A stretch of 64,000 nt of DNA. Origin: a phage. This document shows positions 1-9,240 of the stretch, piece after piece. The position numbers and the translations under genes were made by a program. Below the pieces are notes generated by a model. That model was not told where the DNA came from. It searched no databases and saw nothing but the letters and a program-made list of their open reading frames with translations. The first letter of the stretch is position 1. Every line of letters begins with the position of its first letter. Where the stretch lies: sequence record PZ452591.1; one strand, given 5' to 3'.

Positions 1-79
1 ATTTTTGAACAAGACTTTCTGGAGTTTCACGAGATAAAGGAACATTCAGCATTTTTAAACGATTGATAAATGGGTTCAT
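1..79 (-). CDS. hypothetical protein, 5' part only (gene continues beyond window start)
   Basis: ATG at 77-79 overlaps stop of upstream ORF (ATGA); open to window edge. Confidence 0.3.
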   Translation of the reverse strand, partial: MNPFINRLKMLNVPLSRETPESLVQK

Positions 80-405
80 TTAAACCATCCTTTAATACGT
101 TGCCACAAAGTTTTCTGCTGAGCTTTGTTAACACCAATTGAGCGAATAACTGGTTGAGATTCCTGGAATTCTTTATAGTCAGCAAGGTAAATTTCGTAAG
201 CTGCATCCGTAAATGAACTTATCGCTGCCATGAAATTATTGCGAATACCTACCGGAGCATCCTTATTTTCACGAATAATCATGTATTTACCAGTCTTAAT
301 CTTTACAATAGTTCCAAGATAAGCTCCGTGGTACCAAATATCCCAACCCTCTTGAGTAGGTTCTGCACAACGACGAAGTTCATTAATAATTTCTAACTTG
401 TTCAT
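76..405 (-). CDS. hypothetical protein (109 aa) downstream of motA
   Basis: ORF with GAGGAA SD before ATG at 405; product not recognised. Confidence 0.55.
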   Translation of the reverse strand: MNKLEIINELRRCAEPTQEGWDIWYHGAYLGTIVKIKTGKYMIIRENKDAPVGIRNNFMAAISSFTDAAYEIYLADYKEFQESQPVIRSIGVNKAQQKTLWQRIKGWFK

Positions 406-415
406 TATTTATTCC

Positions 416-1051
416 TCACAGTTCAGATGCTACAGCGATTACTGCTTCAATGTTTTCTGCTGAGCGTTTAATGTCAAGATACACATTACCGTTTTTAGCG
501 ATTTTACATGACATTCCGATATCAGTAAATTTCTGAATATGATGTTCCATCATTTTGTATCCAAAAATTCGCATATTTCCATTATTGTTAATTTCAAAAT
601 TACGAATTCCGTGAGTACGTTTTTCTAAAATAGCGAGATAGTTACTGCGGTAAGTTTCAACCTTTTTAAGAACAAATCCATTTTCATCTAAAAGTTTTAA
701 CATGAGGTCTTTATCTTCTTCCATATCAGAAGTAATCTCACGAGCTTTACGAGTTGCTCGTTTTTTCAGAAGTTCCGGAGCATTTTCCTGTGCGTATAAA
801 GTTGCTGCGTTTGAAATAATATCCTGGGCTTCACCTGTAATGATTAAACCATCACCAGATTTCTCCACCAGGCCTTTTTTAATCAATACCCCAATATTAC
901 TATTAACTACTGCGTTACCTAAATCTGGATGCACCTCACGAACTTCTGCAGCTGTAATGAAATCTTTCTTAGCAATAGTAATTAAAATCGCAGCAGTTTT
1001 TTCATTCAGAACATCGTTAGAAGCTTTGATGATGTAAGTTACTTTAGACAT
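416..1051 (-). CDS. motA: MotA, activator of middle transcription (211 aa)
   Basis: Protein recognised as T4 MotA over full length (MSKVTYIIKASNDVLNEK...). Confidence 0.9.
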   Translation of the reverse strand: MSKVTYIIKASNDVLNEKTAAILITIAKKDFITAAEVREVHPDLGNAVVNSNIGVLIKKGLVEKSGDGLIITGEAQDIISNAATLYAQENAPELLKKRATRKAREITSDMEEDKDLMLKLLDENGFVLKKVETYRSNYLAILEKRTHGIRNFEINNNGNMRIFGYKMMEHHIQKFTDIGMSCKIAKNGNVYLDIKRSAENIEAVIAVASEL

Positions 1052-1089
1052 TTTCTAATCTCCGTAATTCTGTATCAGTAGTTGATAGT

Positions 1090-1140
1090 TGTATAGTACC
1101 ACAGTATGCTTTGGTTGTAAACCGTTTTGTGAAAAAATTT
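1090..1140 (-). promoter_or_regulatory. early sigma70-type promoter cassette (-35 GTTTAC at 1117-1122 on minus strand, A/T UP tract)
   Basis: Minus strand reads AAAAATTTTTTCACAAAACGGTTTAC...GGTACTATAC; same cassette recurs elsewhere in window. Confidence 0.5.
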
Positions 1141-1144
1141 TTAA

Positions 1145-1174
1145 ATAAAAAAAAGGGAGAGCCTCGGCTCTCCC
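1145..1174 (-). terminator. rho-independent terminator (GGGAGAGCC/GGCTCTCCC stem plus U-run)
   Basis: Perfect stem 1155-1174 followed on minus strand by T8; directly after stop of ORF 1180-1329. Confidence 0.55.
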
Positions 1175-1179
1175 TAAAA

Positions 1180-1329
1180 TTACTGCATGACTGTGATAAC
1201 TGTCATGATAACACGTTGAATTCCGAACGCAAGAAGACCTCCTGCTACAGCTGGAACAACGCCTAAACCCGCCAGTAAAATGCTACCAGATACTAATGCA
1301 GCGCTTGTAATACCAATGAATGGACTCAT
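1180..1329 (-). CDS. small hydrophobic membrane protein (49 aa)
   Basis: ATG at 1327-1329 overlaps gp52 TGA (ATGA); translation MSPFIGITSAALVSGSILLAGLGVVPAVAGG... hand-checked. Confidence 0.45.
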   Translation of the reverse strand: MSPFIGITSAALVSGSILLAGLGVVPAVAGGLLAFGIQRVIMTVITVMQ

Positions 1330-2654
1330 TTGATTTCCTCTAAATCTTTGGTGTATTCGGTAACTACATCAGTAGTTTTCCAATATTCGTTTTCTTCTTT
1401 TTTAGCTTTAGCTTCTTCAGCAAGTTTCTTTGCTTCATCGGAAGTCATATGAAAAATATTCATTCCAACTAGTTTATCAACATAAGAAGAATACATATCA
1501 ATTTTAGAAAGTTCTTCGGTCAGTTCTTTACGAGTTTTACCCTGTACAACAATTTCACCCGAAATTACTTTCTTAATGAAATGCGCCTTGGCAAAGGCTA
1601 AACGAAAAGCTGACTCAGTTTCTTTAATTTTGTTATCAATTCGTTTTTGGACATAAGTTTTACGAACTTCAACGAAGTCTTTGATTAAATCAACTACGTT
1701 ATCGTAAACTTGTAGCTTTCCTTTCTCATTAATAACCGTAATATTCTGAGAACGACGCTCAATCAGTCCGAAGTCTTTCATAATTTTTGCATGGCGTTCT
1801 TCTTCGTTATCGCTCAAAGAATATTCTTTACGGAATTTAACTTTGAATCCAAACCCGTGCTCACCGCAAGCATCATCCCATATAATGAAGCCTTTATCTT
1901 CAAGCGGGTCTAAGATTTTACTCACATAAGTTTCACGATCATACTTATACGGAATCTCAGTGATATGCATTTGAGTTCGTGAAGTAAACTTATATTTTCC
2001 ACGAATTTCATATTGCCCATCAATTTCAACGACTTCACCACGAAATTCTGGGAATTCTACCTTCGGTTTAGTTATTTTCTTTCCTTGAAGAGCTTGCAGT
2101 ACAGCTTTCTTGACAGAAGAAACACTATGAGGAAGAATGTAAGTTGCATAACCAGTTGCAATACCGGAAACGCCATTAAGAAGAACAGTAGGAATAATAG
2201 GCAAATAGAAAGCAGGCGGAATGTGTTCTTTATCTTGATGTACCGGAGCATATTCAGTATCTTTATATACGTTATAGAAATTTTTACTTACACGAGCAAA
2301 AATATAACGACTTGCTGCTGCCTTTTGGACAGTACGAGAACCGAAGTTTCCTTGACCATCTAACAGAGGAAAGTTATTATTCCAAGTGTTAGCCATCAAA
2401 GCACCTGCGTCTTGTGCAGAGTTTTCGCCATGGTGATATCCAAGGTCCGCTACACCACCTGCGATAGAAGCGAGTTTGTGAAACTTATCTTTATTTCCTC
2501 GTGCCAAATCAAGAGCTCGAGCAATAACAAATCGTTGAACTGGCTTAAATCCATCAATCATATTTGGAATAGCACGATTTTCAACCGTGTACATAGCATA
2601 AGCCAATGCTTCATTATCAATGATACTTTTTAAATCGCGATTATTCAGTTGCAT
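1326..2654 (-). CDS. 52: DNA topoisomerase II medium subunit gp52 (GyrA-like, 442 aa)
   Basis: Protein recognised as T4 gp52; length matches. Confidence 0.9.
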   Translation of the reverse strand: MQLNNRDLKSIIDNEALAYAMYTVENRAIPNMIDGFKPVQRFVIARALDLARGNKDKFHKLASIAGGVADLGYHHGENSAQDAGALMANTWNNNFPLLDGQGNFGSRTVQKAAASRYIFARVSKNFYNVYKDTEYAPVHQDKEHIPPAFYLPIIPTVLLNGVSGIATGYATYILPHSVSSVKKAVLQALQGKKITKPKVEFPEFRGEVVEIDGQYEIRGKYKFTSRTQMHITEIPYKYDRETYVSKILDPLEDKGFIIWDDACGEHGFGFKVKFRKEYSLSDNEEERHAKIMKDFGLIERRSQNITVINEKGKLQVYDNVVDLIKDFVEVRKTYVQKRIDNKIKETESAFRLAFAKAHFIKKVISGEIVVQGKTRKELTEELSKIDMYSSYVDKLVGMNIFHMTSDEAKKLAEEAKAKKEENEYWKTTDVVTEYTKDLEEIK

Positions 2655-2658
2655 AAAT

Positions 2659-2799
2659 TTACCATACTAGTGAATGTAGTGCCATAATAACATCAGAAAT
2701 GAAAAGCACGACTTGAATTAATCCGAACATTACTCCGTAATATAGTGCTACCAATAAAGCAGCAAGGGCTAATGAATAGCCCAAGATTTTCTTAATCAT
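2659..2799 (-). CDS. small membrane protein (46 aa)
   Basis: Hand-translated MIKKILGYSLALAALLVALYYGVMFGLIQVV...; ATG overlaps stop of upstream small ORF; below ORF-track cutoff. Confidence 0.4.
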   Translation of the reverse strand: MIKKILGYSLALAALLVALYYGVMFGLIQVVLFISDVIMALHSLVW

Positions 2800-2947
2800 T
2801 AGATAACAACACAAATGTTAAATATGCACACATACCCTGGGCTAAAGCCTGTGAAAACACACTACTGACATCGATACAGATAGTTAAAACACATGCTACT
2901 ATCCAACAAATAAATGAAATAATTCCAATAATTTTTGCAGTATTCAT
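2792..2947 (-). CDS. small membrane protein (51 aa)
   Basis: GAGGAGA SD then ATG at 2945-2947; hydrophobic MNTAKIIGIISFICWIVACVLTICI... Confidence 0.4.
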   Translation of the reverse strand: MNTAKIIGIISFICWIVACVLTICIDVSSVFSQALAQGMCAYLTFVLLSND

Positions 2948-3036
2948 AGTATTCTCCTCAACTATTTTTAAAACCTAAAATACCGAAGTTTTTAAGATTG
3001 TTACGATAGAACTGCATCACATGTTCGTTATGGAAA

Positions 3037-3210
3037 TTACTCATATATACCACACATTTTGCATAAACGTTCAAAACAGATATATCCACCACCAAAACAC
3101 ATCACTATAGCAACTTTATCATTAAATGGAGCACCAAAGGCCATAAAGGCTCCGACCATTGTGAATAAAACTAAAACAAATATATAACCCGTTACGAATA
3201 GACGTTTCAT
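3037..3210 (-). CDS. small membrane protein (57 aa), ndd-downstream
   Basis: ATG overlaps ndd stop (TAATG); [29 protein letters not shown]... Confidence 0.4.
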   Translation of the reverse strand: MKRLFVTGYIFVLVLFTMVGAFMAFGAPFNDKVAIVMCFGGGYICFERLCKMCGIYE

Positions 3211-3668
3211 TAGTAAGCCTGCAGGATGAATTTAAAGTTATCAGCCAACATACGGTTCATTTCTTCAAGTGTTTGATACTCAGAATGATGATTACGAGTA
3301 AACGCCAAAGCTAACTGACCTTTTCCAAATCCTGTCGTCAATGGTTTCATCTTAGAAGCAGGCAGATAAAATACTGTGTATGGAACATTGTTATTTGCAA
3401 TAGTACGCGCAAGCTGAGACCGACGCTGACGAATATGACTTAGAACCGCACTGAATCCTTGCTTAGAACGCTGATTACCTACATAAAATCGTGCGGACAC
3501 GCACGGATTACTAAATGGACGACCATCTAATTTACTCACTAAAAAGTAAAATCCAGGTTTAGATAAAATATCTTTATGCGGAGTTCCCAAAAACCACTCA
3601 CCGCCCTTGATTGTACCAATAACAGTAGCGCCTGCATTATTCAGATCAGTAACAGTCATATATTTCAT
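3210..3668 (-). CDS. ndd: Ndd nucleoid disruption protein
   Basis: Protein from [18 protein letters not shown]... recognised as T4 Ndd; GAGGAA SD before ATG at 3668; track start is upstream extension. Confidence 0.8.
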   Translation of the reverse strand: MKYMTVTDLNNAGATVIGTIKGGEWFLGTPHKDILSKPGFYFLVSKLDGRPFSNPCVSARFYVGNQRSKQGFSAVLSHIRQRRSQLARTIANNNVPYTVFYLPASKMKPLTTGFGKGQLALAFTRNHHSEYQTLEEMNRMLADNFKFILQAY

Positions 3669-3728
3669 ATTAATTTCCTCTAAATTATTTTCTACTCCAA
3701 GGCCGCATGAATACACACGGCCATTAAA

Positions 3729-3944
3729 TTAATCGTCGCAGTCGACGCTCAATTCCCAGAATTCTTCTACGGTATAAGTTTCAGTATCATTTTCAATACA
3801 GAAACGTTCATTACTGTTATTTGCTAAAGTAGCATTAACTGTCGGTTTCTCGCTAGTGCTCTTAAGAGGTGAAATACGAATTAACTGATCACCGTTATCT
3901 AAACAAAAAATTTCACCAACTTTTACATCTTTAAAAATTTTCAT
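3729..3944 (-). CDS. hypothetical protein (71 aa)
   Basis: ORF with GAGGTG SD. Confidence 0.5.
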   Translation of the reverse strand: MKIFKDVKVGEIFCLDNGDQLIRISPLKSTSEKPTVNATLANNSNERFCIENDTETYTVEEFWELSVDCDD

Positions 3945-3952
3945 AATTCACC

Positions 3953-4060
3953 TCAAGGAGTATAAAATCCAAATGCAGTTGTTGACCATCCCATCCAATA
4001 TGGAAAATTTGCACCAATGTAAAACATAAGAATATAAAACCAACCGCTCAGCAAATTCAT
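3953..4060 (-). CDS. small membrane protein (35 aa)
   Basis: ATG overlaps upstream TGA (ATGA); MNLLSGWFYILMFYIGANFPYWMGW... Confidence 0.35.
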   Translation of the reverse strand: MNLLSGWFYILMFYIGANFPYWMGWSTTAFGFYTP

Positions 4061-4257
4061 CATTTTACACCGTTCCAAATTGTTTCAACCACGGATTTTA
4101 AACCATTTTGATGAATATCCATTCCGACTACCGTCATCAAATAAATTCCAACTACAACTGAACCTAAGGCAAAAATCAGCATGAAAATGAATAAAGCCGG
4201 AAAAATATTATCGAAAAACCATTCAATAAATGTAAAAGCACTGCGTTTACGCTTCAT
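4060..4257 (-). CDS. small membrane protein (65 aa)
   Basis: GAGG SD before ATG at 4257; hydrophobic core; track start extended. Confidence 0.5.
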   Translation of the reverse strand: MKRKRSAFTFIEWFFDNIFPALFIFMLIFALGSVVVGIYLMTVVGMDIHQNGLKSVVETIWNGVK

Positions 4258-4264
4258 ATTTTCC

Positions 4265-4378
4265 TCACATAAATCCAAAGTAAGCGTTTAATACATCAAT
4301 CATTAAAACGATTGGGAATATACTCAAAACTATTAGTATTATAACTACATTCCATATAGCTTTAACAATCTTTTTCAT
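4265..4378 (-). CDS. small membrane protein (37 aa)
   Basis: GGAGGAACAG SD then ATG at 4378 (MKKIVKAIWNVVIILIVLSIF...); track N-terminus reads through promoter cassette. Confidence 0.4.
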   Translation of the reverse strand: MKKIVKAIWNVVIILIVLSIFPIVLMIDVLNAYFGFM

Positions 4379-4381
4379 TTT

Positions 4382-4455
4382 CTGTTCCTCCGTAGTTGAT
4401 AGTTGTATAGTACCACAGAGGAACAGTCTTGTAAACAACTTTTTTTTTAAAAATA
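4382..4455 (-). promoter_or_regulatory. early promoter cassette with flanking 9-bp inverted repeat (PeSL-like); -35 GTTTAC at 4431-4436
   Basis: Inverted repeat CTGTTCCTC 4382-4390 / GAGGAACAG 4418-4426 brackets the -10; A/T UP tract 4441-4450. Confidence 0.5.
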
Positions 4456-4545
4456 TTCGTAATAAATGTGAATACCAACTACTACCGCTGAAACTTGCAC
4501 AACCCACCACGCACAAGCAATAAGTACAGAATTCAAAATTTTCAT
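4447..4545 (-). CDS. possible small membrane protein (32 aa)
   Basis: GAGG SD, ATG 4543-4545; MKILNSVLIACAWWVVQVSAVVVGIHIYYEYF; 3' end overlaps promoter. Confidence 0.25.
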   Translation of the reverse strand: MKILNSVLIACAWWVVQVSAVVVGIHIYYEYF

Positions 4546-4628
4546 AATAACCTCATCACAAAAGTAAATGTTAAACAAATTACTGGAATACTAATTAACC
4601 AAACAAAACACCACCACAATGAACTCAT
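4542..4628 (-). CDS. possible small membrane protein (28 aa)
   Basis: ATGA overlaps at both ends; MSSLWWCFVWLISIPVICLTFTFVMRLL. Confidence 0.3.
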   Translation of the reverse strand: MSSLWWCFVWLISIPVICLTFTFVMRLL

Positions 4629-4888
4629 AGTTCAATCTCAACGATTTTCATTTCATTACTATTAATAGCCGCTTTAAGACTATCTGAAAGAATTACATTC
4701 CAGTGGTCATTCATATGACCATTAACTAAGCGTGTAATTTCTTCAGGAGTTGAAAAATAAGGCTGATCAGACTCCCAATGCGATAATCCTAAGCGAGTAT
4801 AAATCATGCCTTCATCATCGCTAGAATATTCAACTGACACAAACTCATCAGTTATTTTATGCTTAGCATAATAAAATTTAAATTTCAT
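4625..4888 (-). CDS. hypothetical protein (87 aa)
   Basis: GGAGAG SD then ATG at 4888 (MKFKFYYAKHKITDEF...); track extension is promoter read-through. Confidence 0.5.
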   Translation of the reverse strand: MKFKFYYAKHKITDEFVSVEYSSDDEGMIYTRLGLSHWESDQPYFSTPEEITRLVNGHMNDHWNVILSDSLKAAINSNEMKIVEIEL

Positions 4889-4914
4889 TTTACTCTCCAA
4901 ATCCGTATCAGTTG

Positions 4915-4972
4915 ATAGTTGTATAGTACCACGGTCCTTGTGGTATGTAAACCGTTTTGTGAAATTTTTTAA
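4915..4972 (-). promoter_or_regulatory. early promoter cassette (-35 GTTTAC at 4947-4952)
   Basis: Conserved cassette core TCAGTTGATAGTTGTATAGTACCAC plus A/T UP element. Confidence 0.45.
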
Positions 4973-5526
4973 ATGGAAAGATACCATCCGTTGTAGTTGC
5001 TTTTTCTTACAACCTTACGAAGGTCTTCTCTGTCACCGATGAACTTCGGAGTGTACTGGATGACACCTGGATGAATTTCTTTAGTGTTGAATATAATTAT
5101 ACAGTCAGCGACTTGATGATTTAGAATAGGCCCTAGATTTATTCCAGAACCATATGGATACTCTCCGCTGCATCCTGTTGTTACAGAAATCCAACGTGAG
5201 TCAGTTTGATGTGTCTTAACTTCTACACGAAGCCCACAGTATTTTGGATGCGCTAATACATCCCATGCATATGTGTACGGATCATCGACATCTTCTTGGC
5301 CTTTATTGACATATCCGCTTAGCCAATCTGCCACAAAAAACTCTGCGTACACAGCGATACGGCATCTTTCGATAACTTCTGCTTTATCCTGGTTCGGGTT
5401 TTGTTTTAAAGAGTATCTTACTGTATCAGCAATTTTGACCTTCATTTCACTAGTCAAGTCACTGTTCGATAGGGTAAATGTCGGAATCTGAAATAGTCTC
5501 TGTAAACCCGGATTCGTTTTCTGCAT
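4969..5526 (-). CDS. denB: DenB endonuclease IV (185 aa)
   Basis: Position between ndd and rIIB and length match T4 DenB; sequence recognised. Confidence 0.85.
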   Translation of the reverse strand: MQKTNPGLQRLFQIPTFTLSNSDLTSEMKVKIADTVRYSLKQNPNQDKAEVIERCRIAVYAEFFVADWLSGYVNKGQEDVDDPYTYAWDVLAHPKYCGLRVEVKTHQTDSRWISVTTGCSGEYPYGSGINLGPILNHQVADCIIIFNTKEIHPGVIQYTPKFIGDREDLRKVVRKSNYNGWYLSI

Positions 5527-5581
5527 TTAAACTTTCCTTTTATGTCTGAATCACTGGTATTCATATAATAAATCATAATTT

Positions 5582-5607
5582 CTCTTAAAACAAAAGGGCC
5601 GAAGCCC
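5582..5607 (-). terminator. CUUCGG-type tetraloop hairpin plus U-run terminator
   Basis: GGGC-CGAA-GCCC 5596-5607 (UUCG loop on minus RNA), then UUUUGUUUU. Confidence 0.5.
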
Positions 5608-5612
5608 TTATT

Positions 5613-5807
5613 TTATTTGAATTGTGCAATTCTTTTCTCTAGACATTCAGCATAAGATTTCATTGAGATAAACTGCGAAAGTAACAGTTCTTGCTCAACT
5701 GCATTAACTGTTAGAAACTTTGCGCTTTCTAAAAATTTGCTCAGTGCATTAATTTTGAGCATTAATTGATCGTATTCTTCTTTTACTCGTGCTTGATAAC
5801 CTAACAT
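5613..5807 (-). CDS. hypothetical protein (64 aa) between rIIB and denB
   Basis: ORF with AAGGAAAA SD. Confidence 0.5.
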   Translation of the reverse strand: MLGYQARVKEEYDQLMLKINALSKFLESAKFLTVNAVEQELLLSQFISMKSYAECLEKRIAQFK

Positions 5808-5835
5808 AATTTTCCTTAGTTAAGGGCCGAAGCCC

Positions 5836-6774
5836 TTATTTAAATTGTTCAGTAACGTCTTCAACTACTTCGTATTGGCAGGTACGCATTTTAGCATCGT
5901 TGTAATCAATCGGAATTGATACTACATCGCGAGGATGAACTTTAACTTTTACAACTCGGCTGGTTGAACTGCCAAAGTGACGAATATAAGATTTAGAACA
6001 CACATGCAGACCACGAGAACAAGTTTGTGTATCATCGTCATTCACACGAGTACGTGGCATTTTAACTACTTTACCCGGACTGTTATCAAAGGTATTTGAG
6101 TGACAGTCAAAGTAATTGCTACGAACTACTTTCCAAGCATAGAAGTAACCATCTTCTGTAATTTCAATATCGTTTGCTACCAAGAAATCAAAGAGTCGAG
6201 ATACCGCTTTTTGGCTTGGGTTTTCCAGCAGATTTTCCAAGAACGGAAAATAAAATTCAAAGTTTTCACCTTTTTCCATCGAGTCAAGAATACGATCAAC
6301 CAAACCAGACCGCAATTCAATATTTTGATAGAACAAGCTTCCACCTTCAATTCGAACATCACCGGAAATATATTTTTCAACAGCGCGACGAACATTAATT
6401 TTTTGTGCCGCTTCTTCCAACTTATCCGCTACAAGCAGATTAAGAATTTCCTGGAAGTTTGAATGAGTATTAGGAGTTGCGTTATAAGTTACACCGTCAA
6501 CAGTAATTGAAATGAATTTTTTAGATGCATTCCAAATAATGTCAGATTTAGCAACTGGAGCAATAACTGCATCGCTATTAACTTTAACTGTAATATCACC
6601 GCTAATAGTAACTTTAGAGCGTTTAGCTTCTTCGGCATTTTTCAAAACACGACGGATTGTGTCAACCGATACATCCTTCCAATAAGCTAATTCCTGTTGG
6701 GTATAATTACCACTTGAATACAGTTTAACAATTTCAGCTTGTTCGTTTTTGGTCAGGCATTTAATATTGTACAT
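5836..6774 (-). CDS. rIIB: rIIB protein (312 aa)
   Basis: Protein recognised as T4 rIIB. Confidence 0.9.
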   Translation of the reverse strand: MYNIKCLTKNEQAEIVKLYSSGNYTQQELAYWKDVSVDTIRRVLKNAEEAKRSKVTISGDITVKVNSDAVIAPVAKSDIIWNASKKFISITVDGVTYNATPNTHSNFQEILNLLVADKLEEAAQKINVRRAVEKYISGDVRIEGGSLFYQNIELRSGLVDRILDSMEKGENFEFYFPFLENLLENPSQKAVSRLFDFLVANDIEITEDGYFYAWKVVRSNYFDCHSNTFDNSPGKVVKMPRTRVNDDDTQTCSRGLHVCSKSYIRHFGSSTSRVVKVKVHPRDVVSIPIDYNDAKMRTCQYEVVEDVTEQFK

Positions 6775-6785
6775 AATTTTCCTTA

Positions 6786-8963
6786 TTAGGCCGCAAGGGC
6801 CTTCATAGTTTTAGCGATTTGGGAAACTTCATCATCACTTAAAGAGTTGCGATAACCGATGAAGTCGGAAACAATACGGAATTTCTTGGTAAACTCAGCA
6901 ACCATTTTATCACTGTTTTTTGAAGCATTATTTGATAATACATCAAAAAGATTAGTTACTGTCCAGATGTCATGACCGATGGTATCTTTTCCACCATTGA
7001 AATATACGCCCCGTAATGAACTAACTATATTAGCGAGTCGTGTATATTCTTCAGAAACTTCATCTGTACTGAAGTACTTCATCATAAAATCTAGTTCAGG
7101 ATACTTGATAATTTTATCAATATATCGTTGAGCTGAACTTGAATAACCTACATACTTATCATAATCTACATCATCAAAAGCATCTACATATAAATCACGC
7201 AGAGTTTCAAAAATACATTGGCACTGACCGAGTTCTTTTACCTTTTTCTGCAAAAGCGGACGAATAACATAAAATTCATTAATGCCAATAAGATTAGCCA
7301 TACGAATCAAAATATTCATAGATGGATGACAAAGAGATGTAGTACCATCCATAGAGAAAATATCAGAACGATGCATATACGCTACATACCCAGTAATTTC
7401 ATCTGCTTCTGATGTGAGCGTAAATAATTCCTCTTTTTCCCAGCGCCCGTCTTTAATTTCAAACTTAAATGCTGTAGCAGCTTTAGGACGAGGAGCTTTA
7501 CTTTTAACTACCTTTGGAATATAGCTTTTAACTAAAGCTTCAATTTCTGACAAATAATGAATGTTAACTTCATCACTTTCAAACATCGCCATAATATCAG
7601 GAAGTAAATCAATCTGCGATTCTACTTCTGGATTAATAAACAGAAGACGCTCATTATGATGAATATTCAAAGTGTTATTAAATTCACTATCATCTAACGC
7701 TCGTGCTAATCCACGAACAATATTAACACGATTTTTAATATTATCAATAACGATATTAATTTTTGTTGTATTAATACCAAACAGACGATAACTTGATGCA
7801 ACGGCTGAAGTTTCATGACTTTGCTTAATGCGCTTCAGTCGAGGGTCAAGATTTACTTCATACACAACTCCTGCATTGCATAACTTACTGTCAGGTTCAA
7901 ACATGCTCTGCATCTTTTTATATGACAGATTTTTAGTCGTGAATTTGACTGAATTACTAATCATATAATCTCGAGCAGAATATCCCATCTTCATCAATTC
8001 ACGGTATGTGTGACGAGGAGATGTAGATTCTTTAAATCGTTTTACATCTTCATTAAATGCTTTCTCACTGAGTTCTTTAACTCGTTCAATAATATTTTTA
8101 CGAGTACGATCATCCAGTGAAAGAGCCTCACGAGATGGAGCAATATCAAGTGAACCCATTGGAAACTTAATGTAATTCACTTCATTGCGAATGCTTAGCC
8201 AGTTACGGTCTCTAATAACACCATCGATAGGATAAACAATACCGCCATAGATAGCATATAATCCACCACGATCAGGCCAGTATCTTTCTGGATTTACACC
8301 GTAATAGTCATCAAAATCCGGAAAATAATCAATTTCGCGGTCAAGACCATTAATGATAGCCAAATCTTTGAATGGTCGCATGATATAAGAAACTTCATAA
8401 GCAAAGTTTCTAAAGTCTTTTTCTTCAACTGGAACTACGATTTCAATACCAGTTTTATCATCTGGACCCATTTCTTTTACGAATGTAGGTTTAATCTGTG
8501 GACCATCACCATCCATGTAAGCTACATAACCACGAATTTCACCTTTATGATAAGAAGTAATACTAAACGTATCAGTATAACTAAACGGAGATTTAGAACC
8601 TAAACCAAATCCGCCAATAAAGTCATTAGATTCAGCTTTAGATGAACTGAAGTATGAATTATACAACCCAGGAGAATTATCATCACCTTGAATATCAAAA
8701 TCACTCATACCCGGACCAAAATCTCGACAAACAAATCGTGGGTCTAAACGTCCAGGAACTTGTATGATAAATTTCTCTGGATTTCCATTAAGTGCATGAG
8801 CATCAATCATGTTAGTAATCAATTCACGGACTACTGCGCGAATCTTGTTTGTATATAAATCAGATGACAGAATTTTAAATACTTTAGGAGATGCTGTGAT
8901 GCTAAATGCTTTTGATTTAGAACCATTGCCAAGAATTGTTTCTTTTTCAGTGGTGATAATCAT
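6786..8963 (-). CDS. rIIA: rIIA protein (725 aa)
   Basis: Protein recognised as T4 rIIA; length matches. Confidence 0.95.
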   Translation of the reverse strand: MIITTEKETILGNGSKSKAFSITASPKVFKILSSDLYTNKIRAVVRELITNMIDAHALNGNPEKFIIQVPGRLDPRFVCRDFGPGMSDFDIQGDDNSPGLYNSYFSSSKAESNDFIGGFGLGSKSPFSYTDTFSITSYHKGEIRGYVAYMDGDGPQIKPTFVKEMGPDDKTGIEIVVPVEEKDFRNFAYEVSYIMRPFKDLAIINGLDREIDYFPDFDDYYGVNPERYWPDRGGLYAIYGGIVYPIDGVIRDRNWLSIRNEVNYIKFPMGSLDIAPSREALSLDDRTRKNIIERVKELSEKAFNEDVKRFKESTSPRHTYRELMKMGYSARDYMISNSVKFTTKNLSYKKMQSMFEPDSKLCNAGVVYEVNLDPRLKRIKQSHETSAVASSYRLFGINTTKINIVIDNIKNRVNIVRGLARALDDSEFNNTLNIHHNERLLFINPEVESQIDLLPDIMAMFESDEVNIHYLSEIEALVKSYIPKVVKSKAPRPKAATAFKFEIKDGRWEKEELFTLTSEADEITGYVAYMHRSDIFSMDGTTSLCHPSMNILIRMANLIGINEFYVIRPLLQKKVKELGQCQCIFETLRDLYVDAFDDVDYDKYVGYSSSAQRYIDKIIKYPELDFMMKYFSTDEVSEEYTRLANIVSSLRGVYFNGGKDTIGHDIWTVTNLFDVLSNNASKNSDKMVAEFTKKFRIVSDFIGYRNSLSDDEVSQIAKTMKALAA

Positions 8964-8973
8964 AATTTCCTCA

Positions 8974-9177
8974 TTAATTCATATTACGCTTAATAACTTC
9001 AGCAACTTCTAGTAATTCATCTTTAGTTGCAGTGTCGGATTGAATTTTATCTCTAATATCTTTAAAGCGGTTTTTAAATTCTTCGGCTTCTCCCATATCG
9101 AAAAAGCGTTGAATGATTCTATATTCTCGATGAACTGCTTTATCAAAAAGTTCTAAATTTACTTTATATGATTTCAT
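8974..9177 (-). CDS. hypothetical protein (67 aa), rIIA.1 position
   Basis: ORF immediately upstream of rIIA. Confidence 0.55.
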   Translation of the reverse strand: MKSYKVNLELFDKAVHREYRIIQRFFDMGEAEEFKNRFKDIRDKIQSDTATKDELLEVAEVIKRNMN

Positions 9178-9194
9178 TTCAATATCCTCATTTG

Positions 9195-9240
9195 CCCAAT
9201 TAATTATACCACATCCTTGTGGTAAAGTAAACTACTGGCT
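9195..9240 (-). promoter_or_regulatory. early promoter (-35 GTTTAC 9227-9232, -10 TATAAT 9203-9208, 18-bp spacer)
   Basis: Read directly; -35 overlaps the 3' end of gene 39. Confidence 0.5.

Noticed and set aside
702-1037. Plus-strand ORFs antisense to well-supported minus-strand genes (702-1037 in motA, 2013-2363 in gene 52, 6100-6462 in rIIB, 9754-10875 in gene 39, 31271-32569 in gene 43, 37180-38502 in gene 46 and others in the track)
   Set aside because: Each lies entirely inside a confidently identified gene on the other strand, has no SD, and the strand bias of the region is near-absolute. Treated as chance antisense ORFs.
1085-1140. The repeated ~45-bp elements considered as a possible CRISPR array or transposon ends
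   Set aside because: Copies are dispersed singly upstream of genes, not in a spacer-separated array, and contain -35/-10/UP promoter signals. They are interpreted as promoter cassettes.
4265-4516. Long N-terminal extensions in track ORFs (4265-4516, 4625-4987, 55045-55632, 60412-60645, 13683-14234, 51597-52628, 56037-57023)
   Set aside because: The extensions begin at TTG/GTG or at an ATG inside the promoter -10 region and read through the promoter cassette. An SD-supported ATG lies downstream in each case, so starts were moved.
6788-6802. GGCC-GCAAG-GGCC hairpin considered as a terminator between rIIA and rIIB
   Set aside because: It lies inside the last codons of rIIA (…KALAA stop) and has no U-run. 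Not called.
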